From assembly GCA_947167835.1 (NCBI GenBank), contig CAMVJO010000001.1, positions 1-59,258 of the forward strand: a stretch of 59,258 nt of DNA, in the 5' to 3' direction. Shown here one piece after another: positions 9,715 through 21,271 of this stretch. This DNA is from an uncultured Prevotellaceae bacterium (GTDB lineage: Bacteria > Bacteroidota > Bacteroidia > Bacteroidales > Bacteroidaceae). Below the pieces are notes generated by a model, which was given only the letters and a program-made list of their open reading frames with translations, did no database searches and was not told where the DNA came from. Position numbers and translations under genes: made by a program. How positions within the stretch are numbered: position 1 is the stretch's first letter; every line of letters begins with the position of its first letter.

Positions 9715-10812
9715 ATGAATATCAGGCAATATAACATATTACACCTCATAATCGGTTGGCTGCTGCCATTCGTTATGATTTGCTGCTTATCAGGTTGCTC
9801 GGAAGACGAACCTATTGAGCAGAGAGGGGGAGATGTGTTGAAGGTCGTGACATATTCTTCACGTTTTGCCGAGGTATCAGGCGTTTCCAAGGTGCGCAGC
9901 GTTACTGTTCCCGAGGATTTTGTGGCTTTCACTACGCTGAATCCTTCTGCCGAGGAGACACATCCGTCTATGACCTTGTTCCTGGCACAGAATGAGCAGC
10001 AATCAGCTTATAACTACGTTTATGAAGGCGAAGGTCTGTGGGCAGGAAATTCAAAGGTGCGGGAAGAAGATTATTACCTCTATGGTTTCTATCCTTCAGC
10101 TGCAGCAAACACTTCGGATGTCGATCCTGTTTCTTCGGACTACGCCAATGGTGCTGTGTTACATTTGACGGATGTTCAGCCCCTCAGCCTTTACGACCTT
10201 TGTGTTACAGTGGGTGTAAAAGGAGTGGAGAGTAAATCCGAAGATGTGACCGTAACCGTGGGAAATTACACCTATACAGGAAAAGAAAAAGGCAAGAATT
10301 TTGTCTATTTGCTCTTTGACCATCTTTATGGCGCCTATCAATTCCGCATGAAGGTAGATACGGAATATGATAAGTTACGTAAAATCAAGTTGAAAAGCAT
10401 GAAAATTACTACGAGCGCTGCTAAGAAATGCAACCTCGATGTGACGCTGCAATATACCGACAAACCCATAGCAGAAGTGGCGACAGATATGGATTTAAGT
10501 ATCGGACAGTCCCAGATACTGTACACCAATGATGCAGAAGGTAAGCAACTCGGTACCGATCTTGAGGATATAGGAAAAATGGTGTACCTGATACCGAGCA
10601 TTAAGAACGACCTGACTTTGGTTTGCGACTATGATGTGTATGATCGTAAGGGAACGCTTGTCAGAAGAGGCGCCCATGCTGAGAATAAACTCAACAAACT
10701 TCCCATTATTCGCCGTGGCGAGAAGAAAATAGTCAATATCACAATCAATCCGTCCTATCTGCTTCAACTTTCCGATGATGAACTGGACAATCCGTCCATG
10801 ATAATAGAATAA
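9715..10812 (+). CDS. Fimbrillin/minor pilin-like lipoprotein
   Basis: 365 aa; lipobox LSGC; 'YYLYGFYP', 'LLFDHLY' and 'RKIKLK' are fimbrillin-like; stop codon ends 1 nt before the start of the giant gene. Confidence 0.6.
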   Translation: MNIRQYNILHLIIGWLLPFVMICCLSGCSEDEPIEQRGGDVLKVVTYSSRFAEVSGVSKVRSVTVPEDFVAFTTLNPSAEETHPSMTLFLAQNEQQSAYNYVYEGEGLWAGNSKVREEDYYLYGFYPSAAANTSDVDPVSSDYANGAVLHLTDVQPLSLYDLCVTVGVKGVESKSEDVTVTVGNYTYTGKEKGKNFVYLLFDHLYGAYQFRMKVDTEYDKLRKIKLKSMKITTSAAKKCNLDVTLQYTDKPIAEVATDMDLSIGQSQILYTNDAEGKQLGTDLEDIGKMVYLIPSIKNDLTLVCDYDVYDRKGTLVRRGAHAENKLNKLPIIRRGEKKIVNITINPSYLLQLSDDELDNPSMIIE

Positions 10813-10813
10813 A

Positions 10814-13800
10814 ATGAAAGGAATAAATACAATAAGTACCGCTCGTTTGCTCCAAGGCATGAAATATGTTTTGGTGCTCTGTCTTATTGTATTTGTTTTG
10901 CCCATACATAGTCAGGAAGAGCACGTTATAGAAATCAAAGGTAACGTATTTGGCGGCGCACGTATGGCAGATGTGAAATCTACTCACGTTACCGTTTACG
11001 GAGGTAAGGTATATAATGTGTATGGTGGCAACGATATTACCGGAAAGGTGCAGGAAGGTTCGCGACTGGACATCTATAGCAGTATTATCGAGGATGTATT
11101 TGGCGGTGGCAACGGTTCTTATGTCTATACAGACGTGGCAGCCAATAAAGAAGTCCCGAAATATCAGGATTACTACTATGAACCAGGAGAAGACAGCTAT
11201 GAATCGCTCAACGCCTTCCGACCGAATCTTGCTAAGACTTATGTTCACGTAGCCGGAACGGAAGAAAATCCCACTTTCATCGGTGGATCCATATATTGCG
11301 GAGGAAACAGTTGTACTTTGCGTGCTGGATCAGATGATCCCCGCGTGACAACTCATCTTCAAATTGGTTCGTATGTGATTGCCGACTCGGTATTCTTCGG
11401 TAATAACGGAGCAAATATGATTACTGCCGACTTCATGGAGCAATATGCCGATGATGCCGTTAGTAGTCTGGACTTAACAGACAGTTTGAACTTTGCAAAA
11501 TATATGCAAGGCGCAGAAATGTCTGTTCGCCCGTCATTAGGTTTCGATGAAGGGTATGAAGAATATTCTACCAAGATAGGTTCTTTCTATTTGGGAGGAA
11601 ACGTGGGAAGTTTGTCGGTGGCTGGTATGTATAGTGTCACACTTGACGAGCCTATAGTCATATATAACAAATTAGTGGGCGGATGTAACGATGCGAATGT
11701 CCCCAAGGGAACTTACAATGCCTTCTATCAGGGCGGTGTCATCAGCGAAACCAGACCGGTAAAGATAAAATTTAATATTGCAGGTGTCAAATTAGAACCG
11801 CATAAACTGACTTATGATCAGGGAACTCATACATTCTCTTTAGAAGAGTGGAGAAAAGACGAAGCAGGTCTGCTTGTCGGTGCAAATATCTATGGTGGAT
11901 GTTTCAAGAGTGGCTATATCAATGGCGGTGTTGAGATAAATATTAAAGATGATGCCATATCAAATCGTGTTTTTCCTGCTTGCGGCGTGCCTTTGTCTGA
12001 CATGCAGCAAGCTCCCTTAGTCAGCGCTTTAAGTGTCTATGGCGGAGGATATGGTTCAAACACGGAAATTTGGGGTGATGTAGTCATCAATATTACGGAA
12101 AACGCTGGAATACTGAATGTCTATGGCGGAGGTGAACAGGGTGTCGTAGGGAAAATGGAATATGACACCAATGGTAATCATACCGGCAGGGTTTTGCAGG
12201 CTTATAACACGACAGTGAATTTAGATGCCAACCTCTTGGACGATAATAAGTTGAATGCGTCCAGATTATACGCCGGAGGTTTTGAAGGTGTCGTCACAGG
12301 AAATACTACCCTGAACTTAAATCAAGGTCGTATATACAGAGGATTCGGAGGCTCCTGCAATGCAGATATTCTAGGCGCGACAACTACTATTATCGGGCAG
12401 AGCAGTCGTCCGTATGTGACTGGAAATGTTTATGGAGGCAACGACTTCGGAGGACAAATCCAAGGAACCCTGAAACATCACCTCAATGATGAAAATTTGC
12501 AGTATCAGGATATACGTTCCAACACTTATGTGGAATATCTGAGCGGACATATAGACGGAAATATCTTTGGCGGTCCTTGCGGTGACTACGATTATTCCGG
12601 ATATGTTGGAAAATACAGCAGCAAGCCCACACTTCTCACTGCTTTGGTCAAAGGTGACTGCGATTATGCTCCAAATACTTTTGTTAATATCGCTTCAACT
12701 TCTACAAGTCCTGAAGATGTCGTGACGAATATCTTCGGTGCTGGGCAGGGTAAGTCAGGTAAAATGGGCGCTGCCGACATCAATACAAGTTATGTCCTGC
12801 TTCACGCCGCCGATGCCTCGGTAAGAGAAAATGATCTGGCCACTAATATTTATGGTGCTGGAGACTGTTCCCTTACTCACGACGCTTTGGTTGATGCCTA
12901 CTCCGTTGTTACAAAAAGAATCTTCGGCGGATGTCAAGGTTCCGTATATACCGATGTTTTCAACGCTGATGGTAGCAGTAAAGCCGGCATAGATGCCAAT
13001 TTGTCGTACATGGGAGAGACTTCTACGGTGAATCTGTGGACCGGCATGGACAAAAAATCTACTGATGTGTATGGCGCGGGAGCCTATTCGGGAACAAAAC
13101 ACAGTGTCGTAAATCTTTATGGCGGTGAAGCCAATAATATTTATGGTGCCTCCCTTGACCAAGGCGTTACCTATCTGGCACAAGTGAATGTCCCCGATAC
13201 TTCTACGGCTAAAGTCAATGCGATCTTCGGTGGTGCCAAGGGAAACAGCAATACCTACAATTGTGACGCTTATGTCAGCTACATCAATTTTAATAGTCCC
13301 AAGGCCACTGTAGAACAAGCCATTTATGGAGGAAATCACGACAACAGATTTACTCGTGATGCCTATATACATATCAATCAGCCTGTTCAAAACAAAAAGG
13401 GCAAACTTGTAAATGTGTTTGGTGCAGGATATGGTAGTAATACTGTAGCAGGACGTTCGCATATCTTCATGGAAAAAGGCGCGAAAGCCCTCAATGTCTA
13501 TGGTGGAGGCCGAGACGGTTCGGTATTGATAGCACCTTCTTTGCAACACTTCATAAATACCTATGATGTCAGCGGCAGTGAAGATATTTACAAGGAACGT
13601 ACCGATCCGAAAGGCTTCCTTGATTTTGCCGAGGAAAAGGCAGATTTGTTTACATCCCTTGGCATCGTGAATAATTATCGCACATCAACCGATCCAAGTA
13701 CGAGTGTTCATCTTTTAGACAGTTCCTACGTTGAGGAAAATGTCTATGGCGGTGGTTTAGGTTCGACGGCCACTATAGCAGGTACGACCGGTGTGATGCT

Positions 13801-16800
13801 TGAGGGCGGAACCGTTGCAGGAGACCTGTATGGCGGTGGAAAAGGCGGACACGTGATGGATACTTACAGACTTAGAAATTTCGTAGCCGGTACATACGTG
13901 AAATTGATTGGCGGTACTGCTCGAAATGTCTATGGCGGTGGACTGGATGGCAATGTAGGTATGAAAGGAACCGTCGGACAGGATTATTTTGCCCGCACCC
14001 ATGTTGTTATGGGTGTGAAAGACCAGCAGAATTCGACATATAAGAATGGTGATGCGACGGTAGAACGTAGTATCTATGGTGGAGGACAGCGTGGTGCCGT
14101 GATAGGTATGACAAACCTGTATATTCACAATGGTCATGTGGGCTATAAATATTATGCCAAGGAGGGTGAAGAGGCTACATACCATGAAAATATAGAACTC
14201 GTAGCAGGAAGTGGTGATGAGCTGCTGAAAGAAAACGGTAATGCCTTTGGAGGTGGATATGGTGAGGGCGCTACGGTCGATACCACCAACGTAATTTTGT
14301 ATGGTGGTGTTATTCGTAACAGTCTCTACGGAGGTGGTGAAATTGCCTCGGTGGGCCGTGCCGAAATGGAGGAGAAAGGCTATCTGAATTCCGAGCGAAG
14401 CATTATAAGTATTGAGCGTCCAGGTGCTACAAACGTGACAATGTATCGTGGCTTGGTATGTCGTGATGTATTCGGCGGAGGTCGTGGTTATAGTTACGAC
14501 CTTACGGGTAACGAAGTCATTGGTGACAGTATTTATACTGACGGTTACGTATTCGGACACACAGGTGTGAATATTTATGGCGGTGTTGTCGGTACGGAGG
14601 ACAATGTAGATGACGGATATGGCAACGTATTCGGCGGTGGTAACATAGGTTATGTTTATAGTATCGAAGGTTCTAAATCCGAGGAGGACGGTTATTATTA
14701 TGATTATCGTGGAAATCTGACTGAAGACTGCACCGTTATCATCTCGCCCTACGCTCAGGTAAAAGATTCCGATGGTATTTCTATCACTAACGGTGGAACT
14801 TACGCTTATGGCGAATATGTTCCGACCGAAGACCTCAATAAACTTAAAAACAAAGCAGCTGACAGGGCACAGTGGGACAAACTGGATGTTTCGGGCATCT
14901 TAATCCGAAATGCTGTCTTTGCTGGAGGAAACGTTTCCACTGGTAGTGATAAGGTGTTTGCCAATGTAAAGACGGTGTTCGGCAATGTGACTGCTACGCT
15001 CTACGATGTTTATCATCGCGACCTGATTACTGTCGGAACAGAGCACATTGGCGGTTTGTATGGTGACGGTAACCTGACTTTTGTCGATGGTTATCGCGAA
15101 TTGAACATCACTAATTATGGAACCGACTACTATGGCATGCACGATAGAATATCTCTTGATGAATACAGCAGACTTACCGACCGCGAACGCGCCTATTTCA
15201 GCATAGAATACGAATGTGCGCAACGTGTAAAGATAGATGGTAAATGGTATGAGCAGGGAAACCGCATCACAGAGGATGTTTATTCTGAGTTCCCCGAGGA
15301 ATATCAGACCGAAACCTATTGGACTAAAGCAGGTTTCTGCTCTATCTATGCGGGTCGCCTGCTTAATACATTACAGCGCGCCGACTTCGTGGGAGTATTT
15401 GGCAGTCGAATGGTGTTGCAGGGAGCTACCGACCGTGTGACCGATGAAGTCGATTATACCCAATACACCATAAACCGTGTGGGCGAGATATCACTCAATA
15501 AGCAGCTTTCGCAAGCAGGAGATACGGAGGAAGAAAGTAAGTCTCACGGCTGCTATTTCGGTATCTATAATATTGTGAATTATCTCGGCCATCTAACCAG
15601 CGATGTGAAGTTCGGAGACGTGCGTTATACCGACAATAGCGATGCAAGTTACCGAGGAGATAATTATGGAACGAAGACTTATCTGGAATGGAAACGCGAA
15701 AACGTGACCAATCGTAAACGTAATAATGGTAGCAGTCATAATAAAGTTGCTTTGGCCTCGGGTGTGTATCTTGAACTGACGACAGAAGCAAGTACCAAGA
15801 CCAATAAAGTTTACGGAGACATCACGGGTATTATTGAACTCGACCTTATCAATGTGATGACCGGATTAGGTGGTGGTTATGTCTATGCACGTAATGAACA
15901 CGGTGAACCTACCTATCACCCGGAGCGCACGAATGTGATTCTATCCAGATATAACACCAATGCTGTAACGTATAAGAAATACAGTTACAACAGTAATTAT
16001 CAGAATTACCAGACTTCCGGAAACTTTGTACACAATACCAAGCGAATCATCGACGACTGTTATCCTAATAATGGTTCTTATGATGACGGATATGTGGCTT
16101 CTCCGGCTCACTATTGGTACGTAAAGGGTGATATCTACGTTTACGACCAGACGATATCGGCATATACGGGTGCTTCTACGGCATATTCTAAGGAAATCAA
16201 CATACCTTTGAACATTACTGCGGCATCTCATGGTAAGATGAAGCTGTTAAATGTACAGACCAGCAAGTTTGCTTATTACCAAGACCCGAAAACGCTTGAG
16301 CCTATCGGAGAATTGGGTGTGATAGCCGGTAATAAGACCTATTACCGCGGAGATCCCATTACGTATTGGGATTATATGCAGCTTACGGATAACGAACAGA
16401 AAATGTTCCTCGACAGTGTCTATGTCAGTGTGGCGGCTTGTTCTACGTTATCTTCGGGCAATCCGGCAAGTACATCATATCCTTCGGGTACTGTTATGAC
16501 GGTAAGTGACTATAAGTCTTTTGCTGCCAAAAATGCTACCCTGCATCATACAGAACGTGACGAGGATGTGCCTGTCAGCGACGTCTTCCGTTTGTCAAAC
16601 AACATGAGTTTTGACAATGGCTACGTGCTTTCGCTCTTTATGAACAATCCAAAGGACTGGGATCAGTGGTATTCTATCATTAAGGGCGATAGCGAAACAG
16701 ATAGGAAGAGCACCCGTCAATATAATGCGTTGAGTAAAGATGATAAGGAACTCTATTTGGAAGGTCCTTCCTTTGCAACCGACGAATCTGGCGTGTACGG

Positions 16801-19800
16801 ACAGCGTCTGTACGGCATCGGAGATATCATTACGGAAGAAGTGTATAAGAACTACAATGATATTCCCGAAGCCTGGAAACCTACGGAAAATCAAGCCACG
16901 ATGGAGCGTGCTTATGTGGCCAAGTCTGAGGTTATTTACCAGTATTTAGGACATGAGTCGCATGTATATCCTGGTGTAGCCATATCTTCTACCGAGTATA
17001 ACGCTTTAAGCACGGATGCCAAGGCATGTTTTGCAGAGGCATGGACGTGTACCAGAACCCTTGATGCTGGAAACAATCAGTTTGTCTTCTATACCGACTT
17101 GGTAGATGCCGACAGTATTGCGAAACTCAAGCAAATGTATGCCGCATTCTACGGAGTATCGGCTGATGCTGCGTCGAAAGTCGTTGATAGCCACTTCTCT
17201 AAGGCATATTACTGCTTAGCTGCCGGAGAATATGGCGGACGTTATTACAGTACGGGCGAGAATTACAGTTCTTTGGAGTCGTGGTGTGCACTTTCTGCTG
17301 CCGACAGAGAGCATTTCTCTTTCAACTATGATGCTTTCAACCTCTTAGTTGATCCGCAATATCAGGGTAATACCGCATTATATGGCAGTCCGTATGATTT
17401 AACCAAGCCTGTAGATTATACGGCTAAGTATACGGGAAATACAGATCTGCAATACCACGACAAGGCTGGCACTTTGCACACTATTGCTGTGGGCAGTGCT
17501 GATTTGGAACGCGAAGACTACGAGTTGATTCCTAACGAAGAAGCCTATTATACACCGGTATTGGTAGATCCTACCGATGCTGAGGGTGAAGATTACTACA
17601 TTGTCAAAACTGACTTCGTTCGCGGAGATGTTCCTTATGCTGCAGGCCAGATTGTCAGCGAGACGATGTATAATTCGTTGGATTCTGATCAAAAGAACAA
17701 GGTGACATATGTTCGTTTCGTCAATACAACAGAGGAAAGGCAGCTCTATTATTATTGTCACGAGACATACGAAGTGGGTGCCTTGGGAGAAGGTATGCCT
17801 TTCGAGGATAGAGACGGAGTTGCATACGAGGTAGGCGATACTGTCGAAGCGGGAGTTGTCATTACCTCCGATGAATACAATGATCATATACCCAATTTCC
17901 AGAAGTCATTCCTCATCAAGGGAAAAGAACCTACCGAAACAGCCACGCTCTACGTATCTCGTGAGAGCGATATCTACGATTTGTCTTCCGATAGGATAAT
18001 TACCGTCATCTATCAGTATTCTTATAACGAAAGTGACGAATCGGGCACACACATTGAGCCTATCAATGAGTTGCACGTTGTCAATATTCGTGTACAGTTC
18101 GAGAGTGGTGTGCCTTCTATCGGACAATTACTGCCGCCGTCCACCGTTCTTCCGGGTTCTACCGTAGGTTTGAAACAGCCGGAGACATCTAAGGGCGCAT
18201 ACGAGATACTTGGTGGCGGTTGGGAGATATTTACGAATAAGTCTGACGGCGAAAATCACCGCAATGGCGTACCTTATATCAATAATGCCACACCTATGTA
18301 TTGGTATCAAGACGGCTATTATGTGGCATACTATACCAAGACATATTTAGGTAAGACATACAGCAACGCAGTCCAGTTCTCTGTGGCCAATTACCATGAC
18401 CTTGATGCGGTTATGAAGGATAAAGACCACCACTTATACATAGATCATCCCGATGTGAAGCGCAACAGCAAGATTTACATCGACAATCGCGACTGCACAT
18501 CCGACGCTACCAAGAGTAAACTCGACTTATTGTATGATTTCCATCAGCTTAGTTTAATCGAAGCTCCGGCTGATACCAACGATACCTACCGCATACCCGA
18601 TGGTATCTTTGAGGGACATGCCGTTCTCAATCAGGAAATGGTACATTCCTGCGAGAATTTGGATTTCTTCCTCGGCAGCGATGTGTCGCCTAAGAAATAT
18701 ACCACATGGAATCCCATAGGTGCTACTTCTTGCTTCGAGGGTGTAGTCCATGGTGACGGACATACGGTGAGCGGACTCACACATTCGTTGTTTGCCAACC
18801 TATGTGGCGATGTCTATAACCTGGGTGTTACGGGAAGTTTCACGGGTGCTGGTATTGCCGATGCAGGTACTGGTTACGTTGAGAACTGTTGGATAAAAAC
18901 AACCGGAGAACCCGACGGAAGTCTCTATGCCGTATTCGGAAATCCCCAGCGTGATAGCGGAACGCAGATAGTAAACTGCTATTATCCCTCTACTAATAAT
19001 TATAAGAAGACGACTTGCGCCCGAGGTAACGCCACAGAAAAATCTCTCTACGCCTTCAATAACGGTGAAGTGGCCTATAACCTCAACGGCTTCTATCTGA
19101 AGAAACGTTATAAGGACCATGTGGGAGGCAATCCCGAACTCAGCGGAAATATGTCATACGTTACCGACCGTTATGACAACATTGACTTTATTTATGCCGA
19201 CGGAAAGATTCCTGTCACCACCGATATTCGCTTCAGCACTGATGATGGCTTGTATCACCCCTTATGGCCGGATGATTATCTCTTCTTTGGTCAGAGTTTG
19301 ACTTATGGTTACGATGAAATAGCCTATCAAAATACTCCGTCTTGCATCAATAAGACCGAGAATGGTCAGTTGGCGCACGAGGAAGAGTCGAACCGAGTTT
19401 ATCGTGCTCCGGCCTATTTCCGCAGTAGTGCGTTAGACGTGGCATATTTCAACTCCAATGCTGTCTTTGCCATGACAACGAGCGATAAGAGTGCCGACAT
19501 CTATCCGCGAATGATGACAGCCATCGACTTTACCGGCTATGGCGATAATTCATATACGCGCGAAGATGAGGCAGGCTTCTTCTATCGTCCGCTACTTGAC
19601 GACGACGGATTGATGCGTTACCGCAAATTCGGTATCACGCCCAACTTGTTGGTATATATCCCCGAGGTATCTGTAAATCAAAAGACGAATCAGGTTCTTT
19701 CCAAGTACTTCCTTACAGAACCTGTCTATGATACGAATTCCCACGACGATGCCGGTTCCACAAATGTGGCTACTATCGATGCGTCTGTCATACGTGGCCA

Positions 19801-20968
19801 TGCCGTATTCAGAAATGAAGATGCTTTCGAGGGACGTACGGACCACTTCCTCGTGGATAAGAACGACTTCAATGCGCCTATCTCTTATTCCTTCGTAAAC
19901 AACAAGCGAATGTGGTATCAACGCAAGCCCGATACCTACGTTGATATCAATAAGGGCTGGGAAAGCATCAGCATTCCGTTCACGGCTGAAATGGTTGCCA
20001 CCAACGAAAAAGGCGAAATCACCCATTTCTATGGCGATAGCAAGGTCGGACACGAATACTGGCTACGTACGTATCGCGATATCTCGGCTGTGGATGAGGA
20101 AGACAAGGCTACGGCACTCTTCACCCGTCCCGATGCAATGGCTGGCTACAATAAGGAATATGCCAACACATTCCTTTGGGATAAGTACTATTCTTATAAT
20201 AGTTATGACGATGCCAATGGCGACGACTATCCCGATAACGACAAGGACAAGGCATATTACAGATACTCCACGCCACGTGTCTATGAAGACTATCCGCTCT
20301 TGCAGAATGCAGTGCCGTATATCATAGGCTTCCCGGGAGCAAGATATTATGAGTTCGACCTTAGCGGTACGTTCGAGGCACAGAATACGGCCAGTCCTGC
20401 ACCTACCAAACTGTCGCGACAGACTATCTCGTTCGTATCTCAGCCTAACATCGAAATTCAGGTGAGTGACACCGAATTGGCCGACGGCAAGATTACCCAT
20501 AACGGCTATACCTTCTGGCCTAATTACCTTAACAATGTAGTCAAGGCAGACGGTTATGTTTTGAACGCCGATGGCAATTCGTATGTCAAGACTACTGAGG
20601 AACAAACGGAGAAAGAACGCACGGTACTGCCGTTCCGTTCGTACTTTGCTGCCTCGGGTGCCGCAGATAATGGTGTGAAACGTGCCCGTCGCATCGAGTT
20701 CTCTAACGATATCTCCTCTCTCTTCGGCGATGACGAGGACAATGGCGATTCAGGTCTGTACATACGTGCTTTGTCACACCGTGTATTGGTAACTTCCACG
20801 CTTCGCCACGAAACGCGTGTCCAGATACGTAATGTAGCCGGTCAGGTAACATCCGAATTCAGCATTGCACCGGGCGAAACCGTCGAGCAACCTATTTACC
20901 ACGCCGGAGTATATGTCGTTAATTCGACAGACGGAACGGTTCAGGGTCGCAAACTGCTCGTCAAGTAA
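10814..20968 (+). CDS. Giant secreted Gly-repeat (beta-helix-like) surface protein/adhesin with putative T9SS C-terminal domain
   Basis: 3384-aa ORF; signal peptide; dozens of [VI][YF]GG[GAC] repeats in the N-terminal ~1400 aa; GLUG-like region 'FEGVVHGDGHTVSGL..LF.NLCGDVYNLGV'; CTD-like end 'IRNVAGQ...GVYVVN...GRKLLVK'. Confidence 0.7.
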   Translation: MKGINTISTARLLQGMKYVLVLCLIVFVLPIHSQEEHVIEIKGNVFGGARMADVKSTHVTVYGGKVYNVYGGNDITGKVQEGSRLDIYSSIIEDVFGGGNGSYVYTDVAANKEVPKYQDYYYEPGEDSYESLNAFRPNLAKTYVHVAGTEENPTFIGGSIYCGGNSCTLRAGSDDPRVTTHLQIGSYVIADSVFFGNNGANMITADFMEQYADDAVSSLDLTDSLNFAKYMQGAEMSVRPSLGFDEGYEEYSTKIGSFYLGGNVGSLSVAGMYSVTLDEPIVIYNKLVGGCNDANVPKGTYNAFYQGGVISETRPVKIKFNIAGVKLEPHKLTYDQGTHTFSLEEWRKDEAGLLVGANIYGGCFKSGYINGGVEINIKDDAISNRVFPACGVPLSDMQQAPLVSALSVYGGGYGSNTEIWGDVVINITENAGILNVYGGGEQGVVGKMEYDTNGNHTGRVLQAYNTTVNLDANLLDDNKLNASRLYAGGFEGVVTGNTTLNLNQGRIYRGFGGSCNADILGATTTIIGQSSRPYVTGNVYGGNDFGGQIQGTLKHHLNDENLQYQDIRSNTYVEYLSGHIDGNIFGGPCGDYDYSGYVGKYSSKPTLLTALVKGDCDYAPNTFVNIASTSTSPEDVVTNIFGAGQGKSGKMGAADINTSYVLLHAADASVRENDLATNIYGAGDCSLTHDALVDAYSVVTKRIFGGCQGSVYTDVFNADGSSKAGIDANLSYMGETSTVNLWTGMDKKSTDVYGAGAYSGTKHSVVNLYGGEANNIYGASLDQGVTYLAQVNVPDTSTAKVNAIFGGAKGNSNTYNCDAYVSYINFNSPKATVEQAIYGGNHDNRFTRDAYIHINQPVQNKKGKLVNVFGAGYGSNTVAGRSHIFMEKGAKALNVYGGGRDGSVLIAPSLQHFINTYDVSGSEDIYKERTDPKGFLDFAEEKADLFTSLGIVNNYRTSTDPSTSVHLLDSSYVEENVYGGGLGSTATIAGTTGVMLEGGTVAGDLYGGGKGGHVMDTYRLRNFVAGTYVKLIGGTARNVYGGGLDGNVGMKGTVGQDYFARTHVVMGVKDQQNSTYKNGDATVERSIYGGGQRGAVIGMTNLYIHNGHVGYKYYAKEGEEATYHENIELVAGSGDELLKENGNAFGGGYGEGATVDTTNVILYGGVIRNSLYGGGEIASVGRAEMEEKGYLNSERSIISIERPGATNVTMYRGLVCRDVFGGGRGYSYDLTGNEVIGDSIYTDGYVFGHTGVNIYGGVVGTEDNVDDGYGNVFGGGNIGYVYSIEGSKSEEDGYYYDYRGNLTEDCTVIISPYAQVKDSDGISITNGGTYAYGEYVPTEDLNKLKNKAADRAQWDKLDVSGILIRNAVFAGGNVSTGSDKVFANVKTVFGNVTATLYDVYHRDLITVGTEHIGGLYGDGNLTFVDGYRELNITNYGTDYYGMHDRISLDEYSRLTDRERAYFSIEYECAQRVKIDGKWYEQGNRITEDVYSEFPEEYQTETYWTKAGFCSIYAGRLLNTLQRADFVGVFGSRMVLQGATDRVTDEVDYTQYTINRVGEISLNKQLSQAGDTEEESKSHGCYFGIYNIVNYLGHLTSDVKFGDVRYTDNSDASYRGDNYGTKTYLEWKRENVTNRKRNNGSSHNKVALASGVYLELTTEASTKTNKVYGDITGIIELDLINVMTGLGGGYVYARNEHGEPTYHPERTNVILSRYNTNAVTYKKYSYNSNYQNYQTSGNFVHNTKRIIDDCYPNNGSYDDGYVASPAHYWYVKGDIYVYDQTISAYTGASTAYSKEINIPLNITAASHGKMKLLNVQTSKFAYYQDPKTLEPIGELGVIAGNKTYYRGDPITYWDYMQLTDNEQKMFLDSVYVSVAACSTLSSGNPASTSYPSGTVMTVSDYKSFAAKNATLHHTERDEDVPVSDVFRLSNNMSFDNGYVLSLFMNNPKDWDQWYSIIKGDSETDRKSTRQYNALSKDDKELYLEGPSFATDESGVYGQRLYGIGDIITEEVYKNYNDIPEAWKPTENQATMERAYVAKSEVIYQYLGHESHVYPGVAISSTEYNALSTDAKACFAEAWTCTRTLDAGNNQFVFYTDLVDADSIAKLKQMYAAFYGVSADAASKVVDSHFSKAYYCLAAGEYGGRYYSTGENYSSLESWCALSAADREHFSFNYDAFNLLVDPQYQGNTALYGSPYDLTKPVDYTAKYTGNTDLQYHDKAGTLHTIAVGSADLEREDYELIPNEEAYYTPVLVDPTDAEGEDYYIVKTDFVRGDVPYAAGQIVSETMYNSLDSDQKNKVTYVRFVNTTEERQLYYYCHETYEVGALGEGMPFEDRDGVAYEVGDTVEAGVVITSDEYNDHIPNFQKSFLIKGKEPTETATLYVSRESDIYDLSSDRIITVIYQYSYNESDESGTHIEPINELHVVNIRVQFESGVPSIGQLLPPSTVLPGSTVGLKQPETSKGAYEILGGGWEIFTNKSDGENHRNGVPYINNATPMYWYQDGYYVAYYTKTYLGKTYSNAVQFSVANYHDLDAVMKDKDHHLYIDHPDVKRNSKIYIDNRDCTSDATKSKLDLLYDFHQLSLIEAPADTNDTYRIPDGIFEGHAVLNQEMVHSCENLDFFLGSDVSPKKYTTWNPIGATSCFEGVVHGDGHTVSGLTHSLFANLCGDVYNLGVTGSFTGAGIADAGTGYVENCWIKTTGEPDGSLYAVFGNPQRDSGTQIVNCYYPSTNNYKKTTCARGNATEKSLYAFNNGEVAYNLNGFYLKKRYKDHVGGNPELSGNMSYVTDRYDNIDFIYADGKIPVTTDIRFSTDDGLYHPLWPDDYLFFGQSLTYGYDEIAYQNTPSCINKTENGQLAHEEESNRVYRAPAYFRSSALDVAYFNSNAVFAMTTSDKSADIYPRMMTAIDFTGYGDNSYTREDEAGFFYRPLLDDDGLMRYRKFGITPNLLVYIPEVSVNQKTNQVLSKYFLTEPVYDTNSHDDAGSTNVATIDASVIRGHAVFRNEDAFEGRTDHFLVDKNDFNAPISYSFVNNKRMWYQRKPDTYVDINKGWESISIPFTAEMVATNEKGEITHFYGDSKVGHEYWLRTYRDISAVDEEDKATALFTRPDAMAGYNKEYANTFLWDKYYSYNSYDDANGDDYPDNDKDKAYYRYSTPRVYEDYPLLQNAVPYIIGFPGARYYEFDLSGTFEAQNTASPAPTKLSRQTISFVSQPNIEIQVSDTELADGKITHNGYTFWPNYLNNVVKADGYVLNADGNSYVKTTEEQTEKERTVLPFRSYFAASGAADNGVKRARRIEFSNDISSLFGDDEDNGDSGLYIRALSHRVLVTSTLRHETRVQIRNVAGQVTSEFSIAPGETVEQPIYHAGVYVVNSTDGTVQGRKLLVK

Positions 20969-21042
20969 GGAATCTTTGTCGGTATATTCGGGAGAAACGT
21001 GAATATAGCCGTAATCATGCCGTCGGAAGGCTGCAAAAAAGA

Positions 21043-21126
21043 TTCTCATCGCGTAGAGAAAGTTTTCTCATGGCGATGATAAAGTTTTCTCAACGCGAAG
21101 AGAAAATATTCTCAACGCGAAGAGAA
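21043..21126. repeat. Tandem array of four 22-bp palindromic units (TTCTCnnCGCGnnGAGAA)
   Basis: Units start at 21043, 21065, 21087 and 21109; the same family occurs at 47447-47530. Confidence 0.85.
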
Positions 21127-21271
21127 TGGAAAAAGGCGGGGAAAGACGCAACTTTCTTTGAGATTGTAACGTACTTCCCGAAATATAAAACCAAATACAA
21201 GAACCACCTAAATATTGCAGGGTAGGGCGGAAGCAAATCCTCAGTCCCCCGAATAAATAACCATCATTTAA

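Noticed and set aside
21043-21126. 21/22-bp arrays (also 27338, 42446, 47447, 58722) as CRISPR arrays
   Set aside because: Units are contiguous and degenerate, with no 30-40 bp unique spacers; no cas genes in the window.
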